Shown here in pieces: positions 26,001 to 38,400 of a stretch of 64,000 nucleotides of DNA. A program made the position numbers and the translations under genes. Numbering within the stretch: position 1 is the first letter of the stretch; each line of letters starts with the position of its first letter. The notes beneath the pieces were generated by a model. The model saw only the letters and a list, made by a program, of their open reading frames with translations, did not search any database and was not told where the DNA came from. The stretch is from Azolla caroliniana (Eukaryota > Plantae > Polypodiophyta): positions 24,924,001-24,988,000 of the forward strand of contig JBHGNT010000002.1 of NCBI GenBank assembly GCA_043228905.1, in the 5' to 3' direction.

Positions 26001-29000
26001 CATAGGAGGGATTAAAGAAGTAGAAACAGTTCTGCAAAACAAACAAGGTAGGAGTGCACACACACATATATATGTGCTATCCAAGATACATAGAATATGC
26101 TCTTAGCATAAGAGCTTTGAATGCTGATAGGACAACTAAGTCATGGCCTCATAAATACCTATTTAATGCTGAGTGGAATCTTGTCCAAGGATCTCATTCA
26201 AACTACATAATATTCTCTTTAGAAGTTGTAGTACAACTCTGAAACGAGAATGTACACCTTTGACAAAAATTAGAAAACATTAAATAATATAAACTCATTT
26301 TTCTGCTTAGTTAGAGAAACCTAAAGGGCCTTTAATCCCAACAAGGACATTGTAAAGGGGCTTATTGTTGGGTAATAGTGATTTGTGTGCACCTCGGCCT
26401 CGGCCTTGTGGAACATGATCTCGCCACCCTTGTCATTTATAGATACATGCCATTATCTCCCACCACCATAGGTGCCTCCCCCGTTCAAGATCTCTCCATT
26501 CTAGATCAACCCATGCTAGAGATCTTTTGAAGACAAAAATGCAAGCTATCTAACTTGAGAATTTAACATGTATAGATGATGGGATTCTTTAGTCACTTTC
26601 ATTTTCATTTAGTTAAATTAAGTTTGGGTTTCTTATTCTCAAATATGAGACAAAATTTTAAGATGTAAAATCTTTTCTGATCCTATAGACCATTTTGGAC
26701 TCTTACAGATGTTAATATATCTTTTTTTCTTTTTACACTTTGTTTCTTTGAAATTTTTCCTTTCCATGTTTTTTTATCAGAATGTTTGCCATGGCCATGC
26801 CATCACCATCCTACATAGCCCAGCCTCCTTCAATCTTGCCTATCTTACCTTACAAAGTTTTAGCCTATTGACGGTAGTCTTTTTCTTTAAGAATTTAAAG
26901 GTATCTGTGATACTATTTTAATATGTATAAATCATGATAATTGTCTGGACTTACAGTAATTTATTCCCAGTTCACTTTTTGTGGGAGGTGTTAGCATAAA
27001 TTGATCAGTAATGAGAGTAGAATTTTACATTTTAAATGGGAATGATATACGACATCAACCCAGAAACTTAAGATTGAATAATTTAAAGACATCACAAACT
27101 TATCATTCCATCACAATGATTTAGTCAGACCTGTGTTTATAAGGATGCAACTTAAGCATATGTTCCCGTATAAGAATAGAACCAGAATGTCATGCACCAT
27201 ATATTTCAAATGCCTGTATATTTTCTGACCTTTTCAACAGCCCCCAGGATAATGATAGAGTCTGAGCACCCATATACAGAAGCATATTGCATTGGAGCTA
27301 GGATGTACACAACAGCATCATGACAATTAACAATCTGCATGAAAGGTGTGATGAGCACATGAGTCACCTGCTTACAGCATCAATAGTCTTACACATCCTA
27401 AACAACTCTCGTTATACATGTTCAATTTGTAGAAGCAATGTTAAGATAAAACTACTGGTCTACGAAGATGAGTAGTTTTATCTTTATTGGGATGTCTTAT
27501 GTCCATCCCATGATTCAAAGAACATACAATGAGATCTGGTTACTGAATTACAAACAATATACATAAACCACCAATCAAAATAGGTCTCAGCATCCCAACA
27601 CAATCCTCACCTTCACAGAACCTCGATTAATATCTTTCTCATCCTTGAGAATTGAAGCTTTAGTTATCCCATCAACAGATGTTAAATCACCCCCACATAT
27701 ATTCTTATACTTGCTAGTGGTGCTTACAAGATCTTCATTTGCAGACAGGGCAGTTGTATTTAGACAAGCATCAACCATGTTGATGTCATCAGCTTCCCCA
27801 TATTGTCCTTTCTCTTTTAACCTCCCTTTTGGCCGATCTGATGAAGAATGAATATGCTCTAGAACCCAATCAACTACTGTTTGCAGAGGAACAGGAGCCG
27901 CTGGCATATCAGGATCTGAGTTTGCAAAAAAGGGCGCTTTTTGACTTAGAGGCAGCACCTCTGAGCCTTGGTCTTCCGACTTGAGTAAGAATCCAATATG
28001 GTTAAACTGTTCAAGTGATAGAACCTGCTATTTGACAAAACAAACTCAACAGACAGCCAAATAGGAAACAAACGAATTTACATTTTCTTGCAGTGGTGTG
28101 ATTGACCTGATACAGCATAAAAGCATACAAACTCTTTGTAGGCACTAAAAATGGTGTTTTATCATTTGCATTGACACCTGGTGTATCGAGTAGACTTAAA
28201 CCATAGGTACCATTGCCAAGTTTCACCACCATCGAGTTTTTTCCTTTACATACTTAATTTCATTTTGCCTTCTATTCGTAGATACGAAATTTACATTATT
28301 TGGAAATAAGCATCATTTAGTTGGCAGATGCAATCTGCCATATGGAATAATGTGAGTAAGAAAAGGGTATGGAGTTGGGTCCACAGGCAAGCAGGCATTC
28401 CCTCGTAAATACCATCTGTGGACAATGGATTATCAACTCAAGCAACTGATTCCAACGTTGCGGGGCATGTCAAGTGCTATGACTGGAATGTGGAATGAAA
28501 ATGTGAGGAAGCAGTAGAGATATTTAAATTAGAAAACCGGTAAAGCACAAGTGGAACCCAAGGAAAAGACAAGTAAATGTCATAAAAGGACATTTGACCT
28601 GGTTATTGAGAGGCTTACTTCTATTCCAAGGCACTTTGTCAATTTATAATGCCTTCCAAAGGTGTCAAAGCATGAACATTATTAAGTTCTCAATATCATT
28701 AATTGATAATTGCTGATCCCAAGATATAATGCGTTTGTTGCTAATCTTACAGACATTTCTTTTGAGATAGTGACGATGAGAAATATACAAAGAGGACACA
28801 CAATAGCAAGAAGTAAAAAAGCTTGTTTTGCAAAGGACAACAAAAGCAAAAGTTTATTTTTCCCTGTATGATTCACAAGAACTTTCTGGAAAGCTTATTC
28901 CCATCACAAAACTTTGTTGGTAAACATGAACTACAAGCAAGTTTGGAAAGAAAGCACAATTAAAGAGAATATTCCAGCTCCAAATCATAGAGAACCAACT

Positions 29001-31000
29001 AGCTGTAAAAGAGGGATTTTTTTCTTGAAGAAATAAAGAGCAAGTCGAACCAAATGTTTTACATGTGAAACCCATGGCTGCAATAACCAAGATCTTTTTT
29101 AAAACTTCCTCCAAAATGTCTTTTACCATTGTACTTTTTGCACAGAATAGGTGAAATTGATCAGGGTCTTGTTCACTTCCTCATAAACTTATGGCCAGTG
29201 TTTGTGAATATTGTTCATTATAAAGAACTTGCCTGCCTCTTTGCTGACTGAAAAAGGATATCCTAAAGCATCTAGTGATGCAGTCTTTAAAACAAAACAA
29301 CAATATATTTGATATGACCTACCAGTGAACTTGAATCTCCTTCTGAGGATGTATCTGCTAAAAGTGAAAGCAGCATTGACAGATGCCTTTGCACATACGA
29401 TAGCTGATGAGCTTCATCATCTGCTTGTGTGGGAGCATTCTTCCGTCCAGTTCTTACCTGGCATCAATTCAAATACATTGGATCTTTGCAAGGTTGAAAT
29501 TGATCAAGTTACATTCTCAGAGGCAAACATACATCTCATCAATAGAGTGGGTTACAAATTCCTACTATTTTATGGAATGCTAAGCATATGACTTTGAAGA
29601 ATGTGAAGTTTTCACTCCAGCACAAAGCTTGCTTTATACTTGTGGATTTATAGTACATTATGATAGGACAGATTCGGAAAAAAAAAGTTTATGACAGCAC
29701 AAGACTGTTATTCTGATAAAATATTACTCACTTGCAAGGGTCAAATTCCAAAAGGTACACATCACTCTGCCAAATTCAGAATACTTTCAAATGGTAACAG
29801 GAAACAAATTCAAGGTCATAAAATTAGGTGAAAATTTTGAGTTAGGCATGGTCTTGCAAAATGCACTATAAATAGCCTCTCCCGCACCATTTTAGCTTTG
29901 CAATTATGGATTAAAGCTACGTTGCAATAAATCAGATGCTTCCCTTCAATGGTGGATTGAAACTGCACTGGTGTAGATGACAAGATTTCCTGAGAATGTT
30001 GGACTTTATAATAGATGACTAATTTGCTGGAGAATGATGGACATGATCTAAAATTACAATAGATGACATGCTAGCTTTGCACTCACTAATATGAACTACA
30101 TTGTAACAGATATCCAGATATAGAAGTGAGCTTAAAAGTTCACTAGCTTGAAGATCAATTTATCAGATACCAATGAAGATTCTCAAGAGGCGAACTATAC
30201 AAAATGACCCATGCTGATGTCTGCGTATTACACTCCAAACATTGTAATGGATTTGAAGGTACATTGTAATGGCCAGTGAATTTTACAAATTACACCCCAA
30301 ACATTTCTTTACGATCATGAAGTTTAGCTACATTGTAAATAGAGGGTAAGCATCCTTTATCCTCATGGGTATCAACTACATTATCATAAAATAACCAAAT
30401 TCCAAAAATAAACATACAAACAAAGAAACCTACTTGCAGGGGTGATAATGTGGGCATCAATCCATCAAATGCTGTTGTCGAAGAAGGCCATATATCAGCA
30501 ACTGAAGCTGCATCTTTATGTGGACGAATTGGTGGCTTCTTATAATTCTGGATATACAGGAATAATAGAAGATCATCAAAGCTGACGCGCTTCTCCTCGT
30601 CAATAGGTGATGAAGCACTTGGTGACACGGTGTTATCAAGCTTTGAATCTTGCCGAACTGAAATTAGGGTTTCGAGCACGAGATGAGCTTCCTCGTCTGA
30701 TAAATCCAGTATCTGAGCTATACCTTGAGAAGTTATAGTTGTGTTAGCTACGTTCATGGTTTCAGCAAGATTTGAACACATGACTTTATTTCGAAGAGCT
30801 TGAAGAGATGAGACCGGATCTGAGAAAATAAGGCTAGGGAGAGGGAGAAGTCCATATTCAAAAGGCTCTCGTCTCACAAGAAGAATAGTTAATGGTGAGG
30901 TATTTTGCTCGTAAGTTTGTTCTTGTTTAACAGAAGAAGAAGGAGAAAAAGAAGTCGAATAAGAAGAGGAGGAGGCTGTACTATCAATTACTGCGTTCAT
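20037..31000 (-). CDS. TBCCD1: TBCC domain-containing protein 1 (C-CAP/cofactor C-like); exons 31000-30434, 29457-29323, 28024-27611, 27334-27230, 22678-22538, 21989-21786, 21682-21584, 20503-20392, 20083-20037; ~607 aa
   Basis: Conserved plant motifs RREPFEYGLLPLPSLIFSDP, DDLLLFLYIQNYK, QADDEAHQLSYVQRH, APFFANSDPDMPAAPVP, IVNCHDAVVYILAP, RIEHCERVQLI, VAPYNTFY, DPHDSLPH, HFREWLHASGNIRQLY; all junctions GT-AG and in phase. Confidence 0.92.
23000..25900 (+). mobile_element. Degenerate LINE (endonuclease and RT fragments) within TBCCD1 intron 4, antisense to the host gene; boundaries approximate
   Basis: RT motifs VKQGCPLSPTLFGHYID and LLHADDIVLIS (24426-24713); APE-like fragment ICYFSP...IVILENFN (23864-24178); many stops and frameshifts. 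Confidence 0.75.
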
Positions 31001-31257
31001 CTTCTCTCAGGCTTCTGGGGGCTCTTAACATTCATTCGTTTACAGCAGATAGGCTCTCATCGTCATCCATGGTTTGTGGATGCAGACTATGTATGCAGCT
31101 AAACCGGACGATGATGAGGAAGGATGACGAGGACCACGAAGACGAAGACGAAGACGAAGACGAAGTCTTCTGATGCTTCTGCTTCTGTTTTTTGCTCACG
31201 AGACTCACTCAGAAGAAACGAAAGCCTGTCTGTCAACGAGACTCTGTGTCTCGCCGG

Positions 31258-31445
31258 GTCTCTGTCTCTGTCTCTGTCTCTGTCTCTGTCTCTGCCACTG
31301 TAACTGCGTCTGCGCCTGCGTTTGTGTCTCTGTGTGTGCAATCATCCATCCATAGGCGAGAGAGAGAGAGAGAGATGGGGAGAGGATACATACATTCATA
31401 TACCATACATACATAAATTCATATACCATACATACATACATACAT
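31258..31445. repeat. Microsatellite cluster (TCTCTG)n, (GA)n, (CATA)n near the TBCCD1 5' end
   Basis: Directly visible simple repeats. Confidence 0.85.
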
Positions 31446-31779
31446 ATCTATGTGTGTACATATTTTGTTTGTATTGTACAGTGTATTGGTATTGAGCTCA
31501 TATGTGTATGCTTTATTCACACATAGAGACTTTGTGCTTCAATGTATGAATACCCCCTTCCTCGGAAGGAGACAGACACATACATATCAAGAACACATGT
31601 ATACTCTGGTCCCATAGGTCAAAAATGTCCTCTTTATGGACGATAAAATTTCTAATTCTCTCTCTGTCTCTCGCAGCAAGATGCTTTGATGTGAGCTATT
31701 CTCCCTAAGGGATGCCGCGAGTGACTATGGTTTTGTCTCTGACACAAGAGCCAGCCATCGCTCACTTAGTTTTCTCGGC

Positions 31780-32380
31780 CATTGATATGGTACCTCGTGA
31801 GCATCTTTGATGGCGAGTGGAAGAACTCGAGGTGTCACATGATTGTATGCTTGCAATTTCCCAAAATCTATGAGAAGGTTACAGGTTGTGTGCGTACGAT
31901 CGATCGATTGTCAAATTTTCTTCGACAACACTATTGGTGTTAAGCAAGGAGGCCCGCTCTCACCAAGTCTATCTAATCTATTTGTTGATGAATTAGAACA
32001 AATGGTTGCCAAGTTTGTAAAGGAATGATGTGTTGAAGAAGTTGACATTGAGAATGTAGTCGTCGTGCTTTTGTTGTATATAGATTGATATAGAGCTTTT
32101 CACAAATACTTTAGGACATGTGCAAAAGCTTATGAGGGCATTAGAAATTTTGGCATGCATGGTTAATCAAGTGTCAATAACTCTAAAACAAAGATTACGC
32201 TTGTGACGTCTTAAGAAATAAATAAACCATGCATTGTGTACAATAATGAGCCACTTGAATATGTAGAAAGATTGCAATATCTTGGCCTTGAAGTTCCATG
32301 TACTCATAGATGGAATGGATGTGTTAACCGCCACTTGGAGGCAAGAAAGAAAGCATATTATGCATTTAAGAACACGTGCA
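31780..32380 (+). mobile_element. LINE reverse-transcriptase remnant upstream of TBCCD1
   Basis: GVKQGGPLSPSLSNLFVDELE and EPLEYVERLQYLGLE (YLG motif); fragmented. Confidence 0.7.
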
Positions 32381-35300
32381 CTCATATTATGTCGCCCAAC
32401 CCATTCCACTTCATCCCTCACATTTATCAACTTCTAATACTCTCTCAAACATGTTATGTGGACAACACATCGATGCTTACCTAACATGCCCCACCCTTCA
32501 TACACATCCATCTCATTCTCACTCCCCCAATGCGCTCATTTCGAACCTCCTATCACAACACATCTTTCACTTGCTAATGTGTGGTGCATCCATAACATAT
32601 CTTGACTTTACACGTTGCTTTATGCCCCTCGCCCCGTTAGCGTCAACAATAACATGTTTCAATGTTACCTTAGTATAGTCATATCCTCTTTGTAAGACCT
32701 CCGCTTCACTGCCCCTTCACCGAACACAAAGAACAATACCACGACCCAAGCAAAACCTAGAGCTTATTATTTTATGTGAGCCACATCACACCATGATTAA
32801 GAGCGTTCCTTAGCTATGCAATAACCCTCCAAATCGTTTGGATGACTCAAAGAATATATTCAAAACATGTTTTCTAAGTTAGAAATGAAAAAGGCAAAGT
32901 GAACCTTGCATTTCAAGATGTAGGGTGGCTTATAATTCACCCTATATGGTAACCTCCAATCAGTTTGGATGTCTCAAATTAGTTCATACACTTGCTAAAA
33001 ATTCCTCGTTCTCCTTGGAAAGTCGAGTGGTAATTTTGATCTAATTGTTGTGACTTGAGGTCTCAATCATTTGGCTTCATGCCATATTTATCATGCCTTT
33101 ATTAAGGGTAACTTCGATTTAAAAAATGCAAGTTATATTTTCGACTCAGTGTTCCTCACTCATGCAGTATGAGTCATAATATGTATTTAATTAAGCATTG
33201 GATTATTCATCATTTAAATCCTACTCACTCTTAGTTGCAAGTTTTGTTGTGAAGACTGTTTGTTGTCTACCAACAAGTTGAAACTCATTATTTATAATAA
33301 TCCGACCCTTAAAAGGCAATGGTTAAAATGAACAATACCATGTTTTGCACATTGTGGTTAGTCACGTGTCCACCCAATCTTTTGATCAAATTTTCTTCAA
33401 TTGTTCCCTTGTTTATATATCCACCGTTAATGAAGGAGAAAGAATAGGAATACACAAATGTGGTATATATAGGTGTTGGAGTGTCAACAATTATTTGAAA
33501 TTCATTAACATGTTTAGTACATTATTAGCGTCTTATATGAAACTATGTTTCCATTCTCAATGGACACAATATGCATTTGTATGTCAAATAAATTTGAATG
33601 TTGGCACACATTCACTTGGTTCTTTGGTTGATTAGTTAGTTAAATTGATCATGTGGTATGGTTTATGTGAAATTAGTTGTTTCCAAATCGATTATTTGCT
33701 CTATGTTGTTTCGTGCTTTCTTTATGATGCGTTTAATGTTAATTTCCATGAAATCACGTGCTTATACTTTGAGCACATGGATTCAAGTAAGCGAAATATA
33801 GCCAACATAATTTCCAAAATGTGGAAACACATTTCCCATATTAATTAATAGGGATTTTATCAACATTGTCGGAACCATTTTCAAGGTAAAAAATTGTTAC
33901 TCTACATGCTTCAAACAAAAATTATCAAGAAATTATCATACCAAAAATCATATAGCCTAACACATTTACCAATGTTCAAGCACTTGATCTCAAAAGCACA
34001 ATCTACCTTAAATTTCAAACAAATGTATTATCTATCATTTATACACAATAAAGGCAAGTATCAAGCCTCTAAAAAGCCAATGCTTTCACGTTGCAGGCTG
34101 CAACATGTAATGCTAACACTCTCTCCATCTATATAGAACCTCATCAATATAATCTAAACATGGTTAAACTAGACGTCCATTTGTGTGGTTTTCATCCTAA
34201 AACAAAGTTAACAAGTGTGTATTGTAATATGTTTTGCTTCTCCTCAAAAGTCATTTACATTTGAGACTGAACCTTTATACATTTTTGTCCATATATGTCA
34301 ATGCACTTATAGATTTTCGATGCAACACTATGGATATGTCAGAGAGCAGTTTTTGTTCTTACAAGTTACTCCTCGAGAACAAAACCAAATTGAATCGATC
34401 AAATTATTATTGTGTTATGAAACATCGTTCAATATTTCAACAATAAGAAATGTTGTGTTGACGTCTCCTAAAAAACAAGTAATAGTTTATATATAACCTT
34501 TGTAGATTTTGCTAGGTAAGCAATGTTCAAAGTCACAATTAGGTTTCTTACGCATCTTATGAACAATACATTTGTTGTATAGGAATATGTTACATGTTGT
34601 CTATTATTAGTAAATATATCAATAAATTATGAACCAATTTATAATAAACAGTGTGAAAGATACGGGATTTCACAATAAACAAGTTAGTTGTGATATTCCG
34701 TACGACGTTCTCTATCATGAATAGATGCATAAATTTCCTCTCTAAGCAATAGATCACAATAAAAACATTTATTTAATATTTAATAAGAATGTGAAACACA
34801 ATAGACGTAACGAGACCCATCCTCGAACATTGGGTGGAGCATCAATGTTGCTTGATTAGAACCTTTCTCCTATCATTGGGCCCATCCTTGTTTGTACATT
34901 ATGACATTGTCCTAATAAACAAACTCAATTATTTTTACAAAAGCTCCCAATATTTTCAATAAAAAAACAAGCATGTTTTTTATAATGAAATATAAAGTAG
35001 GTTTCTCAAAATAATCAACTGCCTATGCACAATGATACTTGACCAAAATGTATTGATGATTTGAGAATTGGCATGTACGATCATCAAGAGTGGAAGAGAG
35101 CACAATTAGAGTTCAACGGGATAGTGATAACTTTTTCTTTTTCCCCAAAAAAACTCCGTCCATTAGTTATAATGTGATAGCTTTATTTGTCTATGTGATA
35201 ACCACTATGCACGAATTTGAAACAACATATATGTTTTCCACGAATATACAATTGATCTTTGACAACTTTGATTAAAGTTACATTATATTGTCTTCCAAGG

Positions 35301-35439
35301 AGGTTGCGGAATAATTTGATGGTTAGAGAAATATGCTAACAAATGTTATTTAACTTGCCCACTTGTGTTTTCTATGTTTTTCTATTTCATTTTGTAAATA
35401 TTTTAGATCATGCAACTAACAACATGTTGGTGCTCACAA

Positions 35440-38400
35440 AGCTTTCTACTTGAAGAAATTTCATTCCAAAAAGTGTTATTATGTGGTTCTCATTCATAAA
35501 CGTCCCATTTGGCATTAGGCTAGAGATTTATGCTCGCCTAACAAAACACGAGTCATGTTAGTTAGTGTGTACATGTTGGATTTACATATAGTTATGTACG
35601 ACAACAAAATTTATTTGGAAAAGGTTATTGCTTCTCTTGCACGAGGTATATGGTTCAAGAGTATATAAATGGAGGACAATGATGTGGGCTGATATTAAGG
35701 ATGAGATACAAGATTATGAAAAAAAAAGTTAACTTTGCATTTTATACAAGAGGTCGATATTGTAAAATGCCTCAAAACTCTCCTCCTATTTCCATTCCAT
35801 CGGAATGCCTTTATACAACTTGGTAATACATTCCAAGATCCATTCGGTTATCTTGGCACACTTCTAGTTACTTTCCTCTAACTAACCTTTTACTAACTAT
35901 AGCATAACTAACTAACTCAAGGTTTAACTCCCCTAACCCTGGTTATAGCCACTTGGGTTAGGTGAGGGGTTTTAGCTTGTGGTTTTACCACGTGACCCCA
36001 CAACTCCCCCCTTCAAAAAATCTGAGCATGCCGACTGTGTCTGATGGCATCTCTACTCCTTGACTGTGGGAGCTACCTCCGTCGCGTTGCCATGGTTGAA
36101 CGCGTCTCGCTTGCCTGTGTGTGATGGCGGCTCTGCTTCGTCTTGTTGGTTGGCTGCGATTGAAGGGTTTCCTAAGTTCTCCGCGCAGGGGATATCATGG
36201 TGAGTTTCTTCTTCTTGTGTTGTGTGAGTTGTTGATTGGAGCATATATGGCTTCATCCGTATCACGTGCACTTAGGTAATCCGTCCATTAGCATCTCGAT
36301 GGAGGGAATAGGTGTTGGCCCTCATTGAACGGATGATCGTAAAAGGGCCAATCCATCGATGCATCATTGATTCACCGAGTTCTTGTCGCCGGATTGGGAA
36401 ATTGACTAGGACCTTTGCTCCGGTTGCGTACTCTACTGCCCGACGACCCTTATCATAGCACTGTTTTTGTCGTGACTGAGCCAATTGTAGGTTCTTGTGT
36501 ATGCTCATCCGTAAGATAGGTTGGACCTGTTGCAAGTGCAACCACCAATCCATTGCATTGGTTCGAGTATGTTTTTTGGGCAGATCCACCTTGATGTCGG
36601 GGGGTAAACGAGGGTCTCTTCGATATAGTGCTCTGAAAGGATTGATTTGAGTCGAGGCCTGCACCAAAGTGTTATACGCATGCGTGATGAAGGGTAGGAT
36701 CAAGTCCCACGTTGTGTGTAGTGGATCGATGAATGCGGTAAGTTGTTGTTTAATCGTCTTGTTCATCCATTCTGTCAATCCGTTCGTTTGGGGATGATAT
36801 GGGGAGGTGAATATTTGTTGAATGCCTAATTGTGTGGCTAATGCTTGCAATACCTCTCCGCTAAATTGTGGTCCTTGATTTGACAGGATGCAAGCTGGAC
36901 AACCATGTGGCAAAATGATCCGCTCCATCAACTTCGTTGCTATGGTGACAGCTCGTGCATCCGGAATTGCGGCGGTTTCGGTCCATCACGTTAAGTATTC
37001 ATATGTGACTAAGATATACTTGTTTCCTGCCTGGGATTCGGGAAACGGGTCGATGATATCCCATCCGATTAATTCAAAGGGTTCAGAAACAGTAATAGGC
37101 TGAAGTAGGCCGTCATTGGAATGGGGTGGCTTAATTTGTTGACATGAGTGACATTGTTTGATGTAGGTTGCAATCGTTGTACGTATTTGTGACCAATAAT
37201 ATCGGAGACAGATCTTGTCCAACACCTTGTGGAATCCAAGGTGGCCAGACATCGGGTGATCGTGAAAAAATTGCAAATATAAATTCCTCAAGCTTTGTGG
37301 TATGTAGATTCGTGGCTCTTTCCCTGTTTGTATAAAGCATAAGACATTGTTTTGCAATTGGAAATGGCTGTGTACCTTTTTGTTTGTTGTCGATTGGATG
37401 TCATGGGTGATTTGTCATATTTGTTCGTCGGCTTGTTGTAGGGCTGCTATCTGGGCCATCGTTGTGGGTAATTGGACTACTATAGCGTTGAATTGAACAC
37501 ATTGTGTTTCTACTCTTGACAACCCATCAGTGATCACATTTTGGACTCCTTTTTTATAAGTTAATGTGTACCGATACTCCCGTAAAGACATTGCCCATCT
37601 TAATAGGCGACCTGGTGGGTGTGGCTTGTTGATTAGATGGACTAGGGGTTGGTGGTCTGTTTCGACATTGACGTGGGTGCCGTGTAAATAGGGATGGAAC
37701 TTTGTGAAAGCCCATACGATTGCTAACCATTCCTTTTCTGTTGTGGAGTAATTCTTTTCTGTAGGAGTAAGGGATCGACTTATATAGGCAATTGGGCGCT
37801 CCACTCCTGTTGCATCCATTTGTTGTAGGACGGCTCCCAATCCATGATTGGATGCGTCTGTCTCCAAAAGAAAGGGGCGTGAGAAATCTGGGTGAGCCAA
37901 CTGACCTGCTTGGTGTAGTGTATTTTTTAATTGGATGAAGTTGTTCTCACATTTTGTTGTCCACTCAAACTTGGAGCCTTTTCGTAATAGGTGTCGTGGG
38001 GGTGCTGTCATGGTGGCCATATTCGGAATGAATCGGAGTGAAAAAGTCGCCATGCCTAAGAAACGCTGCAAGGACTTGACTGTGGTTGGTCGGGGAAAAT
38101 TAGTCACGGCCTCGGTCTTCTTTGGGTCCATCTGTAAGCCTTCAGCAGAAATTATGTAGCCCAAAAACTTTAGTTGTGTGCTACCCCATCTGCATTTTTT
38201 TCATTGTAATTTCAAATTGTGTTGTTGTATTCGTTGTAGAATTTATTGTAATACCTGAATATGTTGTGGCCATGTAGAAGTATTAATTAGAATGTCATCT
38301 AGGTATACGAGCACTGTACCGTCAATGATCAGGTCTGCGAAGATTGAATTTGCCATCCGTTGAAATGTGATGCCTGCATCGGACAAGCCAAATGGCATCT

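Noticed and set aside
31099-31441. Low-complexity ORFs (RDRDRD, VSVSVS); similar cases at 10134-10602, 46843-47189 and 3505-4084
   Set aside because: Translations of microsatellites and purine/pyrimidine tracts in UTRs, introns or LTRs
33050-34500. Possible hAT-like transposase remnant on the - strand
   Set aside because: Only a faint CxH-like trace; no TIRs, TSD or convincing ORF could be established by eye
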